Below, one piece after another: positions 38,436-49,681 of a DNA stretch of 64,000 bases. Location: NCBI GenBank assembly GCA_947572725.1, contig CANPDB010000003.1, positions 2,296 through 66,295 on the forward strand, in the 5' to 3' direction. The stretch is from an uncultured Clostridium sp. Its GTDB lineage: Bacteria > Bacillota > Clostridia > TANB77 > CAG-508. The notes under the pieces are model-generated. The model searched no databases. It worked only from the letters and a program-made list of their open reading frames with translations, and had not been told where the DNA came from. The translations under genes were made by a program, and so were the position numbers. Position 1 is the first letter of the stretch. Each line of letters starts with the position of its first letter.

Positions 38436-38681
38436 ATGGACGAAAAAACAATGGTAAATGACATTTTAGGAAGTGTAAAAGCAGATTTAACAGCATATCA
38501 AACAGCAATATCAGAAGCTGAAAATATGCAATTAAGACAAACATTTCAACAAATTAGAAATAATGACGAAAGTTTCCAATATGAGTTATTTAAAATAGCT
38601 CAATCAAAAGGATATTATGTACCAGCACAAAAAGCTACTGTAACAGAGATAGATGCAGTAAAAACACAGTTACAACAATAA
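38436..38681 (+). CDS. spore coat protein F-like
   Basis: Coat_F-like pattern (MVNDILGSVKADLTAYQTAISEAENMQLRQTFQQIRNNDESFQYELF). RBS GAGGAGG. Confidence 0.6.
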   Translation: MDEKTMVNDILGSVKADLTAYQTAISEAENMQLRQTFQQIRNNDESFQYELFKIAQSKGYYVPAQKATVTEIDAVKTQLQQ

Positions 38682-38711
38682 TAGATACAATGAATATAAA
38701 AAATATTTATT

Positions 38712-38857
38712 TACTCCTAGAAGTTCATATTTTGTATTTTTACGTTATCCCCATTCTAAAAATCCTAACAAAAGTTCTATGAACTTTTGAGGATTTTTGA
38801 ACGGTCCCCACAATTTCACTTCAAAATAAAAATATGAACTTCTTCGCGCTATTTAAA
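38712..38857. repeat. nested-hairpin repeat family 1, copy B (compact form)
   Basis: Same order of blocks as copy A but without A's 105-bp insert. Outer stem is GAAGTTCATATTTT / AAAATATGAACTTC. Confidence 0.85.
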
Positions 38858-39219
38858 TATTCTATACTAAATTGTAAACAATAATATTTTATAAATAATT
38901 ACTTGAGTTAGAGGTTTGTAAATTAAATGCAAACTTCTTAATTATTACCTATAATGTTACAATCCATAGTTTATATAAATTTGTGTATAAAATCAATAAC
39001 AATGAATTGTAAAAAATATAAATTGCTAGAATAACACAGAAGATAAAAATGGGAGATAAAGCGAAAAAAAGAGAGATAATCAATAAAAAAGAAACAAAAC
39101 ATACAAAAATTGGCCTTTTTAATCTTTGCAAAAAAACAAATATTACAATAATATTACAATAACATTACAAATATTTCAAACATACAAGAGAATTAATAAT
39201 AGTACAAAGGAGCCTAAAA

Positions 39220-40239
39220 ATGTTTAAAAAAGTAATGATACATATGAGAAAGGGAATTAAATTTATAATTATCTTTATGATTGCAACATTTTTAATAATT
39301 GGTGCAGTAACATTTTTATATAAACCTATATATAGTGTACATATTAATGGTGAACAAATTGGCTATACTGAAAACAAAGCAGAATTACAACATAAAATAA
39401 ATGATTATATAGAAAATGGAGAGGGAAAAGAAAACACCGCATTTGTACAAGTAGAAAATCTTCCAGAATATAAATTATGTTTATTGAAAAAAGATATTGT
39501 AACAGATGATGATAAAATTTTTAATGAAATAAAAGACCATGGAGTGACATATTATAGATATTATGCTATTACAGAAAATCAAGAAGAAAAGTTATATGTT
39601 GCTAATTTTGAAGAGGCAGAAAATATAGTTAATGCTTTAAGACAGAAAAATAGTAGCAATATAGACAGTATTTCAATTATAGAAAAATATGAGCCAGATA
39701 TGCAAGACTTGATTTCAACAGAGCAAGCAATATCAAAATTATATGTAGAAACACCAGAAGCAATACAAATGGCAAAAACCTCAACAAATGCTACAATAAA
39801 TTATAGCACAACAGGAAGTGTAAATACATCACTAGCAACATCTAAAGCAAAGGTAAATTTAGGGATCTCATTAAAAAAGCCTATATCAGGAACAATAACA
39901 TCAAGATTTGGAGCTGGAAGTTCAATTAGAAGATCATCTCATACTGGATTAGATATAGCAGCTTCAACAGGAACACCTATATCTGCAGCAGCATCAGGTG
40001 TAGTTACATTCTCTGGATATAAAGGATCTTATGGAAATATGATTGTTATATCTCATGGAAATGGAATACAAACATACTATGGACATTGTAGTAAATTATA
40101 TGTGTCAGCTGGAACTCAAGTTTCTCAAGGTCAAAAAATTGGAGCAGTTGGTTCAACAGGAAATTCGACAGGACCACATTTACATTTAGAAGTAAGAGTT
40201 AATGGAGTAGCACATAATCCTCAAAATTATATATATTAA
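39220..40239 (+). CDS. M23 family peptidase (LytM domain)
   Basis: N-terminal TM helix. C-terminal HTGLDIAASTGTPI ... GNSTGPHLHLEVRVNG. Confidence 0.85.
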   Translation: MFKKVMIHMRKGIKFIIIFMIATFLIIGAVTFLYKPIYSVHINGEQIGYTENKAELQHKINDYIENGEGKENTAFVQVENLPEYKLCLLKKDIVTDDDKIFNEIKDHGVTYYRYYAITENQEEKLYVANFEEAENIVNALRQKNSSNIDSISIIEKYEPDMQDLISTEQAISKLYVETPEAIQMAKTSTNATINYSTTGSVNTSLATSKAKVNLGISLKKPISGTITSRFGAGSSIRRSSHTGLDIAASTGTPISAAASGVVTFSGYKGSYGNMIVISHGNGIQTYYGHCSKLYVSAGTQVSQGQKIGAVGSTGNSTGPHLHLEVRVNGVAHNPQNYIY

Positions 40240-40264
40240 TTATAAATAACATATTAACTTTTTT

Positions 40265-40317
40265 GAAGTGTACCACTAAATGTTAGATAAAAATCTAATG
40301 TTTAGTGGTACACTTTT
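40265..40317 (+). terminator. intrinsic terminator
   Basis: GAAGTGTACCACTAAA ... TTTAGTGGTACACTT long stem followed by TTT. Confidence 0.7.
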
Positions 40318-40560
40318 ATATATTATGACAATAAATGTATAAATGTAATATAAAACTAAAGTAAACGTAATATATGAAATGATATTGGCGAAATCCTTAT
40401 ATCCTTAGGAAAGCAAAAGATATGAATTTTATATCTAATAATATGCATATTGACATTGAACTAAAAAGAAGATTAAATAGAATTAGGAAATTAAAATATA
40501 CCGAGATAAATTATGTTTAAAATAGTTCAAAATAAGAGGAATTTTTTAGGAGGAAAGATT

Positions 40561-43500
40561 ATGGAGGAAAAACGAAAGAAAAAAATTGTTGGAGTAGCAG
40601 TTATAAGTGGTGTAATATTAGTTAGTGTTACAGTGGGAACTATTAGATTAGCTGCAAAGAGAGATGAAACAGAGATAAAAACATATGCTACAACAAACAT
40701 AGCAAACTACAATTCAACTCCAACTCAAACTATTGATGGAATAAGATACAATTTAGATGCAAGTAATAAAACTGCAACTGCAATGTATCCAGATAATATT
40801 AGTGCAATAGCTCAAATGCCAAGCGATGCTTCATTAAATGGAGTAATAGGATATAGTAATAGTTCTGGAGTGTGGATAGATATACCACAAGTTGTTACAT
40901 ATAATAATACTGAATATACAGTAACTGCTATCGGAGAAGGAGTACAAAGTTTTATATCAACACCATTAGCATCTCTTATAAGCTCAGTTTCAAATAAAAA
41001 TTTATCAATAATACTACCAAGAACTGTAAGAAATGTAAGTGCAAGTGCATTTGTTTTAAGTAGTGGAACATCTGCGATGGATAGTATAAAAATTATTAAC
41101 TTATCTAATGAAACAACATATGGAAGTTATCAATTATCTTCAAAAATAAAATTTTATGCTGTTCCTGGAAGCGGAATAGAAAAATTAACTACGCAAGCAA
41201 CTAGCTTATATAGTTATACTAAATCAGGAAGTAATGGTAATATTACAATAACTGGATTTAATAATGGAGTATTTGATAACATACCAACACTTGCAAAAGT
41301 AAATATACAACTTCCAGATTTTATATATGAGAATGGAAGTTCTACTCAAAAAGGAATTAAATTCACAGTAAACAAAATATCTAGTTATGCATTCAATGAT
41401 AATGATAGATTAAAAAACATAATAATTCCCGCTAATATAAAAAGTATTGAAACAGAAGCATTTGGAAATTGTGATAATGTAGAAATAGTTAAATTTTTAG
41501 GAAAAGATAAGAATATAAGTGACAATGCATTTTTAAGAACAAATCCATCTAATGTATATTACATTGGAAATGGAACAGTAGGAGATTATGTCTCTAGGTA
41601 TATGTCAACAGTAAGCAAAACTCCTATGAGCTTAAATTCTTTCGAAGTAATGCAATCACCAACTAGGACAAGTTATCAAAGAGGAGAAAGTTATGATGGT
41701 AGAGGTGGAATATACAAGTTAGTATATACTGGAACAGATGGAAATATTAATACTTGTTATTTAGCAGGAGAATCCAGTGATATTACATATTCTCCAAGTA
41801 CGTTTAATACGACAGGAACACAATATGTTTCAGCAACATATGAAGGAAAGACTATTGGCAATTTAGTAGCAATTGTAAGTGATACATCGCAATCTCATGT
41901 GACGATACAAACAAATCAAAATATTACTATAGAAGTAGGAAAAACTCAAGAAATTACTCCATCAGTAATTGGTGCATCAGACACTAGATTGGATTGGAGT
42001 AGCGGAAATCCTAACATTTTAAGTGTAAGTGGAGGAGATAATTCAGCATCTATAACAGGACTGAATACTGGGACAACTACTTTAACTATACGATTACGTA
42101 GCGATAGCAATACATATATTATATGTAAGGTAACAGTAGTGGATATAGAAGGAAAAACTATAAAGATGAACCAAAAGAATGTAATACTTGATGCTGGTGA
42201 ACAAAGGCGATTAAGCTGTACCACAGAACCAAGTGATGCTACAGTTACATGGGAAATATATGATAAAGATAAAAAAACAACAATAGATTCTGCAGGATTA
42301 TTAACAGCGGGTAATGAATACGAAGATGGAGTAGTTAATGCGATAATAAATAAAGATGATTTCGATAAATATGCTACTGATACTTGTAAATATTTTGTGG
42401 GTAGCAGATTGCGAATGTTTAAAAATATATCAAAAACGGAAGATATGTTTAATCAAGAAAGGATAGTTAATAGAACAGGAACACTAACAACAGATGTACC
42501 AACAAGGGAAGGATATAAATTTAAAGGTTGGGCATTAGGAAAAGATAAAAACAAAAAAGTTGTAGGACCAGGGGAAAGATATAATTTTTCAAAAGATGAT
42601 ATAAATATTATAGGAGGATCATTTGCAGCTATAGATTTATATGCTATATGGCAAAATGTAGAATTAGACAATAATACATATACTATGGAAATTGGAAAAA
42701 CAGCTCAAGTAAATGCAAAAGTATTAGTGAATGAAATACAAAATACAAATGAAAGAGTAACTTATGAAATTGCTAATACAGATATAGCTACAATAAATAG
42801 CAATGGCTTAATAACTGGTAAAAAAGCTGGAACAACAACTGTAAAGGTAAAAGATACCTTAGGTAATGAAGTAATAGCAAAAGTACGAGTAGATGAGCCA
42901 ACAGTAACAAGAATAGCAATAACAGCACCAACAAAAAAAGAATACCTTAAAGGAGAATCATTAAATCTTGAAGGTGGAAAAATAAAAGTATTTTATAGCA
43001 ATGATACAGAAAAAGAAATACCATTAACAGAAATAAGTGATAAGATATCAGGGTACAATGCAAATATTACAGGAACACAAACAATAACAGTAACATATGA
43101 TGGACAATCCAATACGTTTAATGTAGAAGTTAAAGAACCAATAATTCATGTAAATAATGTTACATTAAATAAAACATCTTTAAATATAGAAGTAGGACAA
43201 ACAGATAAACTAGAAGCAACAATAAATCCAGAGAATGCATCAAATAAGAATGTAGAATATAGTAGTAGTAATCCAGAAATAGTAACAGTAGAACAAGATG
43301 GTACAATAAGAGGAATAAAAGCAGGAACAGCAACAATAACAGTAACAACAGAAGATGGAAATCACACAGCTACATGTAATGTTGCCGTAGAAGTGCCAAT
43401 AATCAGCGTAGAAGGCATTGAAATAACAAATAAGCCTACAACTAATATGAATATAGGCAATGAGTATGAACTAAACTATGAGATAAGACCAGAAAATGCA

Positions 43501-44832
43501 ACAGATAAAAATGTAACTTGGTCATCAACAGATGAAAATGTAGTATATGTAGATAGTAACACAAATAAATTAATTGCTAATGGAGAAGGAACAGCAACAA
43601 TTACAATAACTACTAGAGATGGAAATTATACAGATTCATTTGAGGTTACAGTAAATCCAGAAATAATTCATGTAGACAGTATTACATTAGATAAATCTTC
43701 ATTAGAAATAAAAGTTGAAGAAACATACAAATTAGAAGCTACTATAAACCCAGAGAATGCATCAAACAAGAATATAACATATAGTAGTAGTAACACAGAA
43801 GTAGCAACTGTAGATGAAAATGGAACAGTAACAGGAATATCAAAAGGAACAGCAACAATAACAGTAACAACACAAGATGGAGCTAAAACAGCTACATGTA
43901 ATGTGACTGTTAAAGAAAAGGCAAGACCTGTAATAACCAATGTTGAAGCTAAAATAGAAGATGATATAAACTATATTGTATATATATCTATAACAGATGA
44001 ATCTGGAGTAAAATCTGTAAAAGTTGCAGATGATGATATAACATTAAATAAAACAGATGATGGAAGATATTATTTTAAACCAAATGAAAATGGAACTTAT
44101 ACAATAAAAGTTATAAATAATGATGGAAATTCTATAACATATAATTACGAAGAAAAAGGCTTAAAGGAACAAGCAACAGCAGATGCAATAACAGATTCAC
44201 AATCAAATAACGTAGTTGGAGTATCTCCAAAAACAAATCATAAAGTTAGTAAAATAACAGTTGAAGGAAAAGAAATTAATTTAAGACCAAAAGATGGAAA
44301 ATACTTATTTACAACGGAAAAAAATGGTACATATAATATTGTTATAACTTACGAAGATGGTGAAACTGAAAGATTAGTATATGAAGAAACCAGATTTAAA
44401 ACTAATGGGGATAATGATGACGACAACAAGGATGACGACAACAAGGGAGACAACGACAACAAGGATGACGACAACAAGGGAGACAACGGAAACAAGGATG
44501 ACGACAACAAAGGAGACAACGGAAATAAGGATGATAACAACAAGGGAGACAATGGAAATAAGGGTGATAACAACAAAGGAGACAATGATAATAAAGGTAA
44601 CAATAGTGTAAACAATGGAAATAGTAGCAACAATAATAGTAGTAATGGAAGCAACAATAGTGGAAATAAAATTAGCAATAATAGTAGTAATAGTGCAAAG
44701 ACAGGAACAAAAACAGATACAAGTACAGCATTAAAAACATTACCTAAAACAGGTACTATAATAAGTCAAGTATTAGCAACAATTACAGGTGTGGCTACAG
44801 CGATAATAGCATGGTTTAAAATGAAAAAATAA
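40561..44832 (+). CDS. LPXTG-anchored surface protein with BspA-type LRR, Listeria-Bacteroides repeat and multiple Big_2 domains
   Basis: Start at MEEKRKKK after AGGAGG. LRR_5-like units (KISSYAFNDNDRLKNIIIPANIKSIETEAFGNC). Flg_new-like TREGYKFKGWALG...LYAIW. Repeated Big_2 units (VTLNKTSLNIEVGQTDKLEATINPENASNKN). C-terminal LPKTG, TM helix and KMKK. Confidence 0.85.
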   Translation: MEEKRKKKIVGVAVISGVILVSVTVGTIRLAAKRDETEIKTYATTNIANYNSTPTQTIDGIRYNLDASNKTATAMYPDNISAIAQMPSDASLNGVIGYSNSSGVWIDIPQVVTYNNTEYTVTAIGEGVQSFISTPLASLISSVSNKNLSIILPRTVRNVSASAFVLSSGTSAMDSIKIINLSNETTYGSYQLSSKIKFYAVPGSGIEKLTTQATSLYSYTKSGSNGNITITGFNNGVFDNIPTLAKVNIQLPDFIYENGSSTQKGIKFTVNKISSYAFNDNDRLKNIIIPANIKSIETEAFGNCDNVEIVKFLGKDKNISDNAFLRTNPSNVYYIGNGTVGDYVSRYMSTVSKTPMSLNSFEVMQSPTRTSYQRGESYDGRGGIYKLVYTGTDGNINTCYLAGESSDITYSPSTFNTTGTQYVSATYEGKTIGNLVAIVSDTSQSHVTIQTNQNITIEVGKTQEITPSVIGASDTRLDWSSGNPNILSVSGGDNSASITGLNTGTTTLTIRLRSDSNTYIICKVTVVDIEGKTIKMNQKNVILDAGEQRRLSCTTEPSDATVTWEIYDKDKKTTIDSAGLLTAGNEYEDGVVNAIINKDDFDKYATDTCKYFVGSRLRMFKNISKTEDMFNQERIVNRTGTLTTDVPTREGYKFKGWALGKDKNKKVVGPGERYNFSKDDINIIGGSFAAIDLYAIWQNVELDNNTYTMEIGKTAQVNAKVLVNEIQNTNERVTYEIANTDIATINSNGLITGKKAGTTTVKVKDTLGNEVIAKVRVDEPTVTRIAITAPTKKEYLKGESLNLEGGKIKVFYSNDTEKEIPLTEISDKISGYNANITGTQTITVTYDGQSNTFNVEVKEPIIHVNNVTLNKTSLNIEVGQTDKLEATINPENASNKNVEYSSSNPEIVTVEQDGTIRGIKAGTATITVTTEDGNHTATCNVAVEVPIISVEGIEITNKPTTNMNIGNEYELNYEIRPENATDKNVTWSSTDENVVYVDSNTNKLIANGEGTATITITTRDGNYTDSFEVTVNPEIIHVDSITLDKSSLEIKVEETYKLEATINPENASNKNITYSSSNTEVATVDENGTVTGISKGTATITVTTQDGAKTATCNVTVKEKARPVITNVEAKIEDDINYIVYISITDESGVKSVKVADDDITLNKTDDGRYYFKPNENGTYTIKVINNDGNSITYNYEEKGLKEQATADAITDSQSNNVVGVSPKTNHKVSKITVEGKEINLRPKDGKYLFTTEKNGTYNIVITYEDGETERLVYEETRFKTNGDNDDDNKDDDNKGDNDNKDDDNKGDNGNKDDDNKGDNGNKDDNNKGDNGNKGDNNKGDNDNKGNNSVNNGNSSNNNSSNGSNNSGNKISNNSSNSAKTGTKTDTSTALKTLPKTGTIISQVLATITGVATAIIAWFKMKK
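44431..44595 (+). repeat. tandem 33-nt (11-aa) coding repeat, 5 copies
   Basis: GATGACGACAACAAGGGAGACAACGRAAACAAG units encoding DDDNKGDNxNK in the stalk preceding the LPKTG signal. Confidence 0.85.
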
Positions 44833-44842
44833 TTAAACAATA

Positions 44843-44872
44843 AAAAACAAGTCTTTATAGACTTGTTTTTTA
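44843..44872 (+). terminator. intrinsic terminator
   Basis: AAAAAACAAGTC-TTTATAG-ACTTGTTTTTT. Confidence 0.8.
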
Positions 44873-45058
44873 TATATTAAAAAGTCATACTGACTTTCTA
44901 ATATATAAAACCCATTGCACACAAATTTATTACATAAATTTGGCGCACGAACAAATTTACGGAAAGCCAAAGGATAAAGTTAAAGTTATGCTAATATTAA
45001 GGCTTTCCGATTTGTTCTTGTAATATTAAGGTTTAATCATATATGTTATCATATGTAA

Positions 45059-45703
45059 TTAAACAAAATACTTTATTCCTGTATCAATAGCATTCTTTTT
45101 GATAATTACTTTACCATATTCAAGAAGTTTATTTTCAAAACTCTTTGAGGGAGATAACAATTTTCCAAATTCTGATGCTATAGAATAGAATGCATTAACA
45201 GATTCATATTTTATATTAATATTTTTAACTACTAAATAGTATGTATTATTATACAAAAATAAAGAAATGTTTTTGGAAAATTTTTTAATATCAAATTTTC
45301 CTGTATTGTTAATACAACTACAGAAATTACAAAATTCTTCAAAAGAATTAAATGAATATATTATATGTTTACTAGAAAAATTAATTGATTTTCTTTTAAC
45401 ATTAATCTTTTTCTTTTTTAGTGTATCTAAAGAGTTATTACAATTAGATAAATCTTTTGGCTGATATTTTGTTATAGTAAAAACTAGAACTTCATCGGTA
45501 GATGAAAAAGCTTCAATTAAAAGTTTGTATCCATCTATATTAAAATTAAGTTCTTCTTCTGCTCTTTCTAAAATTTCAAGAAATAAATTCTGTGTTTCTA
45601 CAGAACGATTCATTATAGCGTTAAAATCTATATTGTTCTTGTCTAAATCATCATTATTTACGATAACGCGTATTTTATTTTCTGTAAGCTTTTCAATTTT
45701 CAT
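45059..45703 (-). CDS. mecA: adaptor protein MecA
   Basis: MKIEKLTENKIRVIVNNDDL N-terminus and C-terminal LYNNTYYLVV...LLEYGKVIIKKNAI blocks parallel B. subtilis MecA. Confidence 0.8.
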   Translation of the reverse strand: MKIEKLTENKIRVIVNNDDLDKNNIDFNAIMNRSVETQNLFLEILERAEEELNFNIDGYKLLIEAFSSTDEVLVFTITKYQPKDLSNCNNSLDTLKKKKINVKRKSINFSSKHIIYSFNSFEEFCNFCSCINNTGKFDIKKFSKNISLFLYNNTYYLVVKNINIKYESVNAFYSIASEFGKLLSPSKSFENKLLEYGKVIIKKNAIDTGIKYFV

Positions 45704-45958
45704 AAAAAAAGTTGCCTCCTTCTATAGTACTAATTATATTATACTACTATTATCATTATATTTAAATGCACAATTTTTGGTAATAGATTTATGAAAAATA
45801 TCTATGATACTATAGCATAGTTAAAAACATAATGCAATAGCAATATTGTAAAAATTTATTAAATTCTCTTGAAAAAAATGCTAATACAGGGTATAATATC
45901 CATATGCGATAAAGAAGAAATATCCGTAGAAGAAAATGTAATTTTAGGAGGGTACAAA

Positions 45959-46216
45959 ATGGCAACAAAAGAGAAAAACATATGGATACTATTAGTATTT
46001 ATTTTATCAGGTTTAGTAGTAGGGGGACTATTAGGAGAACTAGCATCAAAAGTAAACTGGCTTTGGTGGTTATCATATAATCAAAGCTTTGGATTAGAAA
46101 ATCCAATCACTTTAAACTTAAGTGTTGTAACAGTTACATTTGCAATGATGTTTAAAATAAGTATTTCAAGTATTATAGGAATGGTACTAGCTATTTTTAT
46201 TTACAAGAAAATATAA
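45959..46216 (+). CDS. DUF4321-like small membrane protein
   Basis: Start at MATKEKN after AGGAGGG. Two TM helices. Conserved position upstream of radC-mreB in Clostridia. Confidence 0.65.
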   Translation: MATKEKNIWILLVFILSGLVVGGLLGELASKVNWLWWLSYNQSFGLENPITLNLSVVTVTFAMMFKISISSIIGMVLAIFIYKKI

Positions 46217-46273
46217 TTTAAAACAAATAGGGCAAAATAGGGGGAATATAACAAAAAAGAAAGGACTGATATT

Positions 46274-46969
46274 TTGTCTATCAAAATCAAAGAATTACCA
46301 GAATCAGAAAGACCATATGAAAAATTAGAATTATATGGAGAACAAAACTTATCAAATGCAGAATTATTGGCTATAATTATAAAGTCAGGAACGAAAAACG
46401 AAACATCTGTGCAAATAGCACAAAAAATATTAAATTTAAATGATACAAAAATAGATAATCTAAACTTTTTACAGAACTTATCGCTACAAGAATTAATGCA
46501 AATTAAAGGAATTGGAAAAGTGAAGGCAATTCAACTAAAAGCGGTATGTGAATTAAGTCTTAGAATGTCAAAACCATCTAATTATAAAAAAATAGTAGTA
46601 AAAGAACCATATGACTTAGCAAAAATTTTAATGAGTGAATTTAGATTTGAAAAAAGAGAAATAGCAAAAATAGTTGTTTTAAACAATAAAAATCAAATTC
46701 TAAAAATAAAGGATATTGCTTATGGAGGTAGCAATTTTGCTAATGTATCTATTAAAGATATTTTGGTAGAGCCAATTACAATGAAAGCACCAAAAATTAT
46801 ATTAGTGCATAACCATCCAAGTGGCGATTCTACGCCAAGTGAGCAAGATATTCAATTTACAAATAGAGTATTTGAAAGTGCAGAGACATTTGATATACAA
46901 TTAATAGACCATTTAGTAATTGGGGATATGAACTACACAAGTATTTTTTCTCAAATGTTCTCTGATTAA
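46274..46969 (+). CDS. radC: RadC-like JAB domain protein
   Basis: HhH segment (LMQIKGIGKVKA) and JAMM motif HNHPSGDSTPSEQD. Confidence 0.9.
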   Translation: MSIKIKELPESERPYEKLELYGEQNLSNAELLAIIIKSGTKNETSVQIAQKILNLNDTKIDNLNFLQNLSLQELMQIKGIGKVKAIQLKAVCELSLRMSKPSNYKKIVVKEPYDLAKILMSEFRFEKREIAKIVVLNNKNQILKIKDIAYGGSNFANVSIKDILVEPITMKAPKIILVHNHPSGDSTPSEQDIQFTNRVFESAETFDIQLIDHLVIGDMNYTSIFSQMFSD

Positions 46970-46975
46970 ACATAA

Positions 46976-48035
<1,060 letters not shown>

Positions 48036-48052
48036 AAAGTTAGGAGTAAGAA

Positions 48053-48868
48053 ATGTATAAAAACAAAAAAAGTGGAATAATAGGCATTATTATAACAATT
48101 ATAATACTAATATTAATTGTAATTTTTTCAAATGGTGAAAATGGTTCATCATTTTTAGAAAATGCTGCAAGCAATTTAATTATGCCAATACAAAACGGAC
48201 TAACTTATTTAAAAAATAAAATAGGTGGAAATGATACATTTTTTACAGACATTAACAATCTAAAACAAGAAAATAAAAGACTAAAAGAAAAAAATAGTGA
48301 ATTGGAGCAATCATTAAGAGAACTAGAAAATATAAAAACACAAAATGAAACCTTAAAAGAATATTTAGACTTAGCTGAAAAATATGGAGAATACAAAACA
48401 ATACCAGGATATATAATAAATAAAGATATTAGTAATTATTCTAAAACAATTGTTATCAATATAGGTAAAAAAGATGGAGTAGAAAAAGACATGACAGTTA
48501 TAGGCAATGAGGGATTAGTAGGACATATTATATCTGTTACAGATTCTACTGCAAAAGTACAAACGATTATTGATACAGCAAGTTCTGTTAGTTCTATGAT
48601 GAGTACTACTAAAGACAGTATTGTATGCAAAGGAACATTAGATAATTCATCTATATTGAAAGCAATGTATATTCCTACAGATGCAAACATTATACAAGGT
48701 GATAGTATAGAAACATCTGGATTGGGAGGAATATATCCAAAGGGAATTCATATAGGCACAATTAAAAAAGTAACGAATACTCTAAATATGACAGATAGAT
48801 ATGCTGAAGTTGAAACAGCAATTGATTTCGAAAAGCTCAATACAGTTTTGGTTATTACTAACAAGTAG
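48053..48868 (+). CDS. mreC: rod shape-determining protein MreC
   Basis: N-terminal TM helix, coiled coil (LKQENKRLKEKNSELEQSLRELE), C-terminal beta domains (GLVGHIISV, TSGLGGIYPKGIHIGTI). Confidence 0.85.
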   Translation: MYKNKKSGIIGIIITIIILILIVIFSNGENGSSFLENAASNLIMPIQNGLTYLKNKIGGNDTFFTDINNLKQENKRLKEKNSELEQSLRELENIKTQNETLKEYLDLAEKYGEYKTIPGYIINKDISNYSKTIVINIGKKDGVEKDMTVIGNEGLVGHIISVTDSTAKVQTIIDTASSVSSMMSTTKDSIVCKGTLDNSSILKAMYIPTDANIIQGDSIETSGLGGIYPKGIHIGTIKKVTNTLNMTDRYAEVETAIDFEKLNTVLVITNK

Positions 48869-48895
48869 AAATTGTAATTCAATCTATTAAAATAT

Positions 48896-49036
48896 TAGCG
48901 CGAATGATGTTATATATTTTATTTTTTGAGTGGTTCCAGGGTGACCGTTTTAGAATATGTTTGAACGAATGTGAAATACATATTCTTAAATGGGGCAACG
49001 AAAAAAAATACAAATATATAACATTATGGGAGCGGA
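48896..49036. repeat. nested-hairpin repeat family 1, copy D (reverse orientation), inside the mreC-mreD spacer
   Basis: The reverse complement reads CCGCTCCCA-outer stem-TTTTTCGTTGCCCCATTT-inner hairpin-AAACGGTCACCC...-outer stem-TTCGCGCTA, matching copies A-C block for block. Confidence 0.8.
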
Positions 49037-49111
49037 AATTTATAGATTAACTTTAATATGACAAATAGAAGGCGGAAATTTATAGATTAGTTATAAGATA
49101 ACAAATAAAAG
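49032..49111 (+). repeat. tandem duplication, 2 x 40 bp
   Basis: GCGGAAATTTATAGATTAACTTTAATATGACAAATAGAAG and GCGGAAATTTATAGATTAGTTATAAGATAACAAATAAAAG, directly upstream of the mreD RBS. Confidence 0.8.
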
Positions 49112-49117
49112 AAAGAG

Positions 49118-49660
49118 GTGAATCAATTGAAAAAGACTATTATTAATATTATTCTTGTTGTAATTGCATTATTTATATACTTTTTACAATCAAACTTTTT
49201 CAATTGGTTTAACATAGCAGGCATTATGCCAAATATGTTTGTTATATTTGTTTTATTTATAGGATTATTTGCAAGTACAAAAATGGGAAGTATTTATGGC
49301 TTAGCACTTGGTTTTATATTGGATTGTGTCATAGGAACAAAAATAGGGATTTATGCAGTATGTTTAGGGATTGTAGGATTTTTATCAGGAACATTTGATA
49401 AAAATTTTTCTAAAGATAGTAGAATGACAATTATGCTAATGGTATTAGGAAGTACAATAGTTTTTGAAGTAATTAAATATATATTAAATTATTTCTTTAT
49501 TTCATCAAATGTTGAAATATTTAATTTTATAAAGATATTAATAATAGAAACTTTATACAATATTATTTTAACAATTATTTTATATCCAATATTCAGAAAA
49601 TTTGGATATTATATAGAAAATGAATATAAAGGGAATACAGTATTAACACGATATTTTTAA
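49118..49660 (+). CDS. mreD: rod shape-determining protein MreD
   Basis: Polytopic membrane protein of about 180 aa in the mreD position. GTG (49118) or TTG (49127) start. Confidence 0.7.
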   Translation: MNQLKKTIINIILVVIALFIYFLQSNFFNWFNIAGIMPNMFVIFVLFIGLFASTKMGSIYGLALGFILDCVIGTKIGIYAVCLGIVGFLSGTFDKNFSKDSRMTIMLMVLGSTIVFEVIKYILNYFFISSNVEIFNFIKILIIETLYNIILTIILYPIFRKFGYYIENEYKGNTVLTRYF

Positions 49661-49681
49661 TATAGAAAAGAAGGTGAAAGT

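Noticed and set aside
44349-44678. Leu-rich 109-aa minus-strand ORF, and the 76-aa alternative-frame plus-strand ORF.
   Set aside because: Both are by-products of the 33-nt tandem repeat inside the LPKTG surface protein gene.
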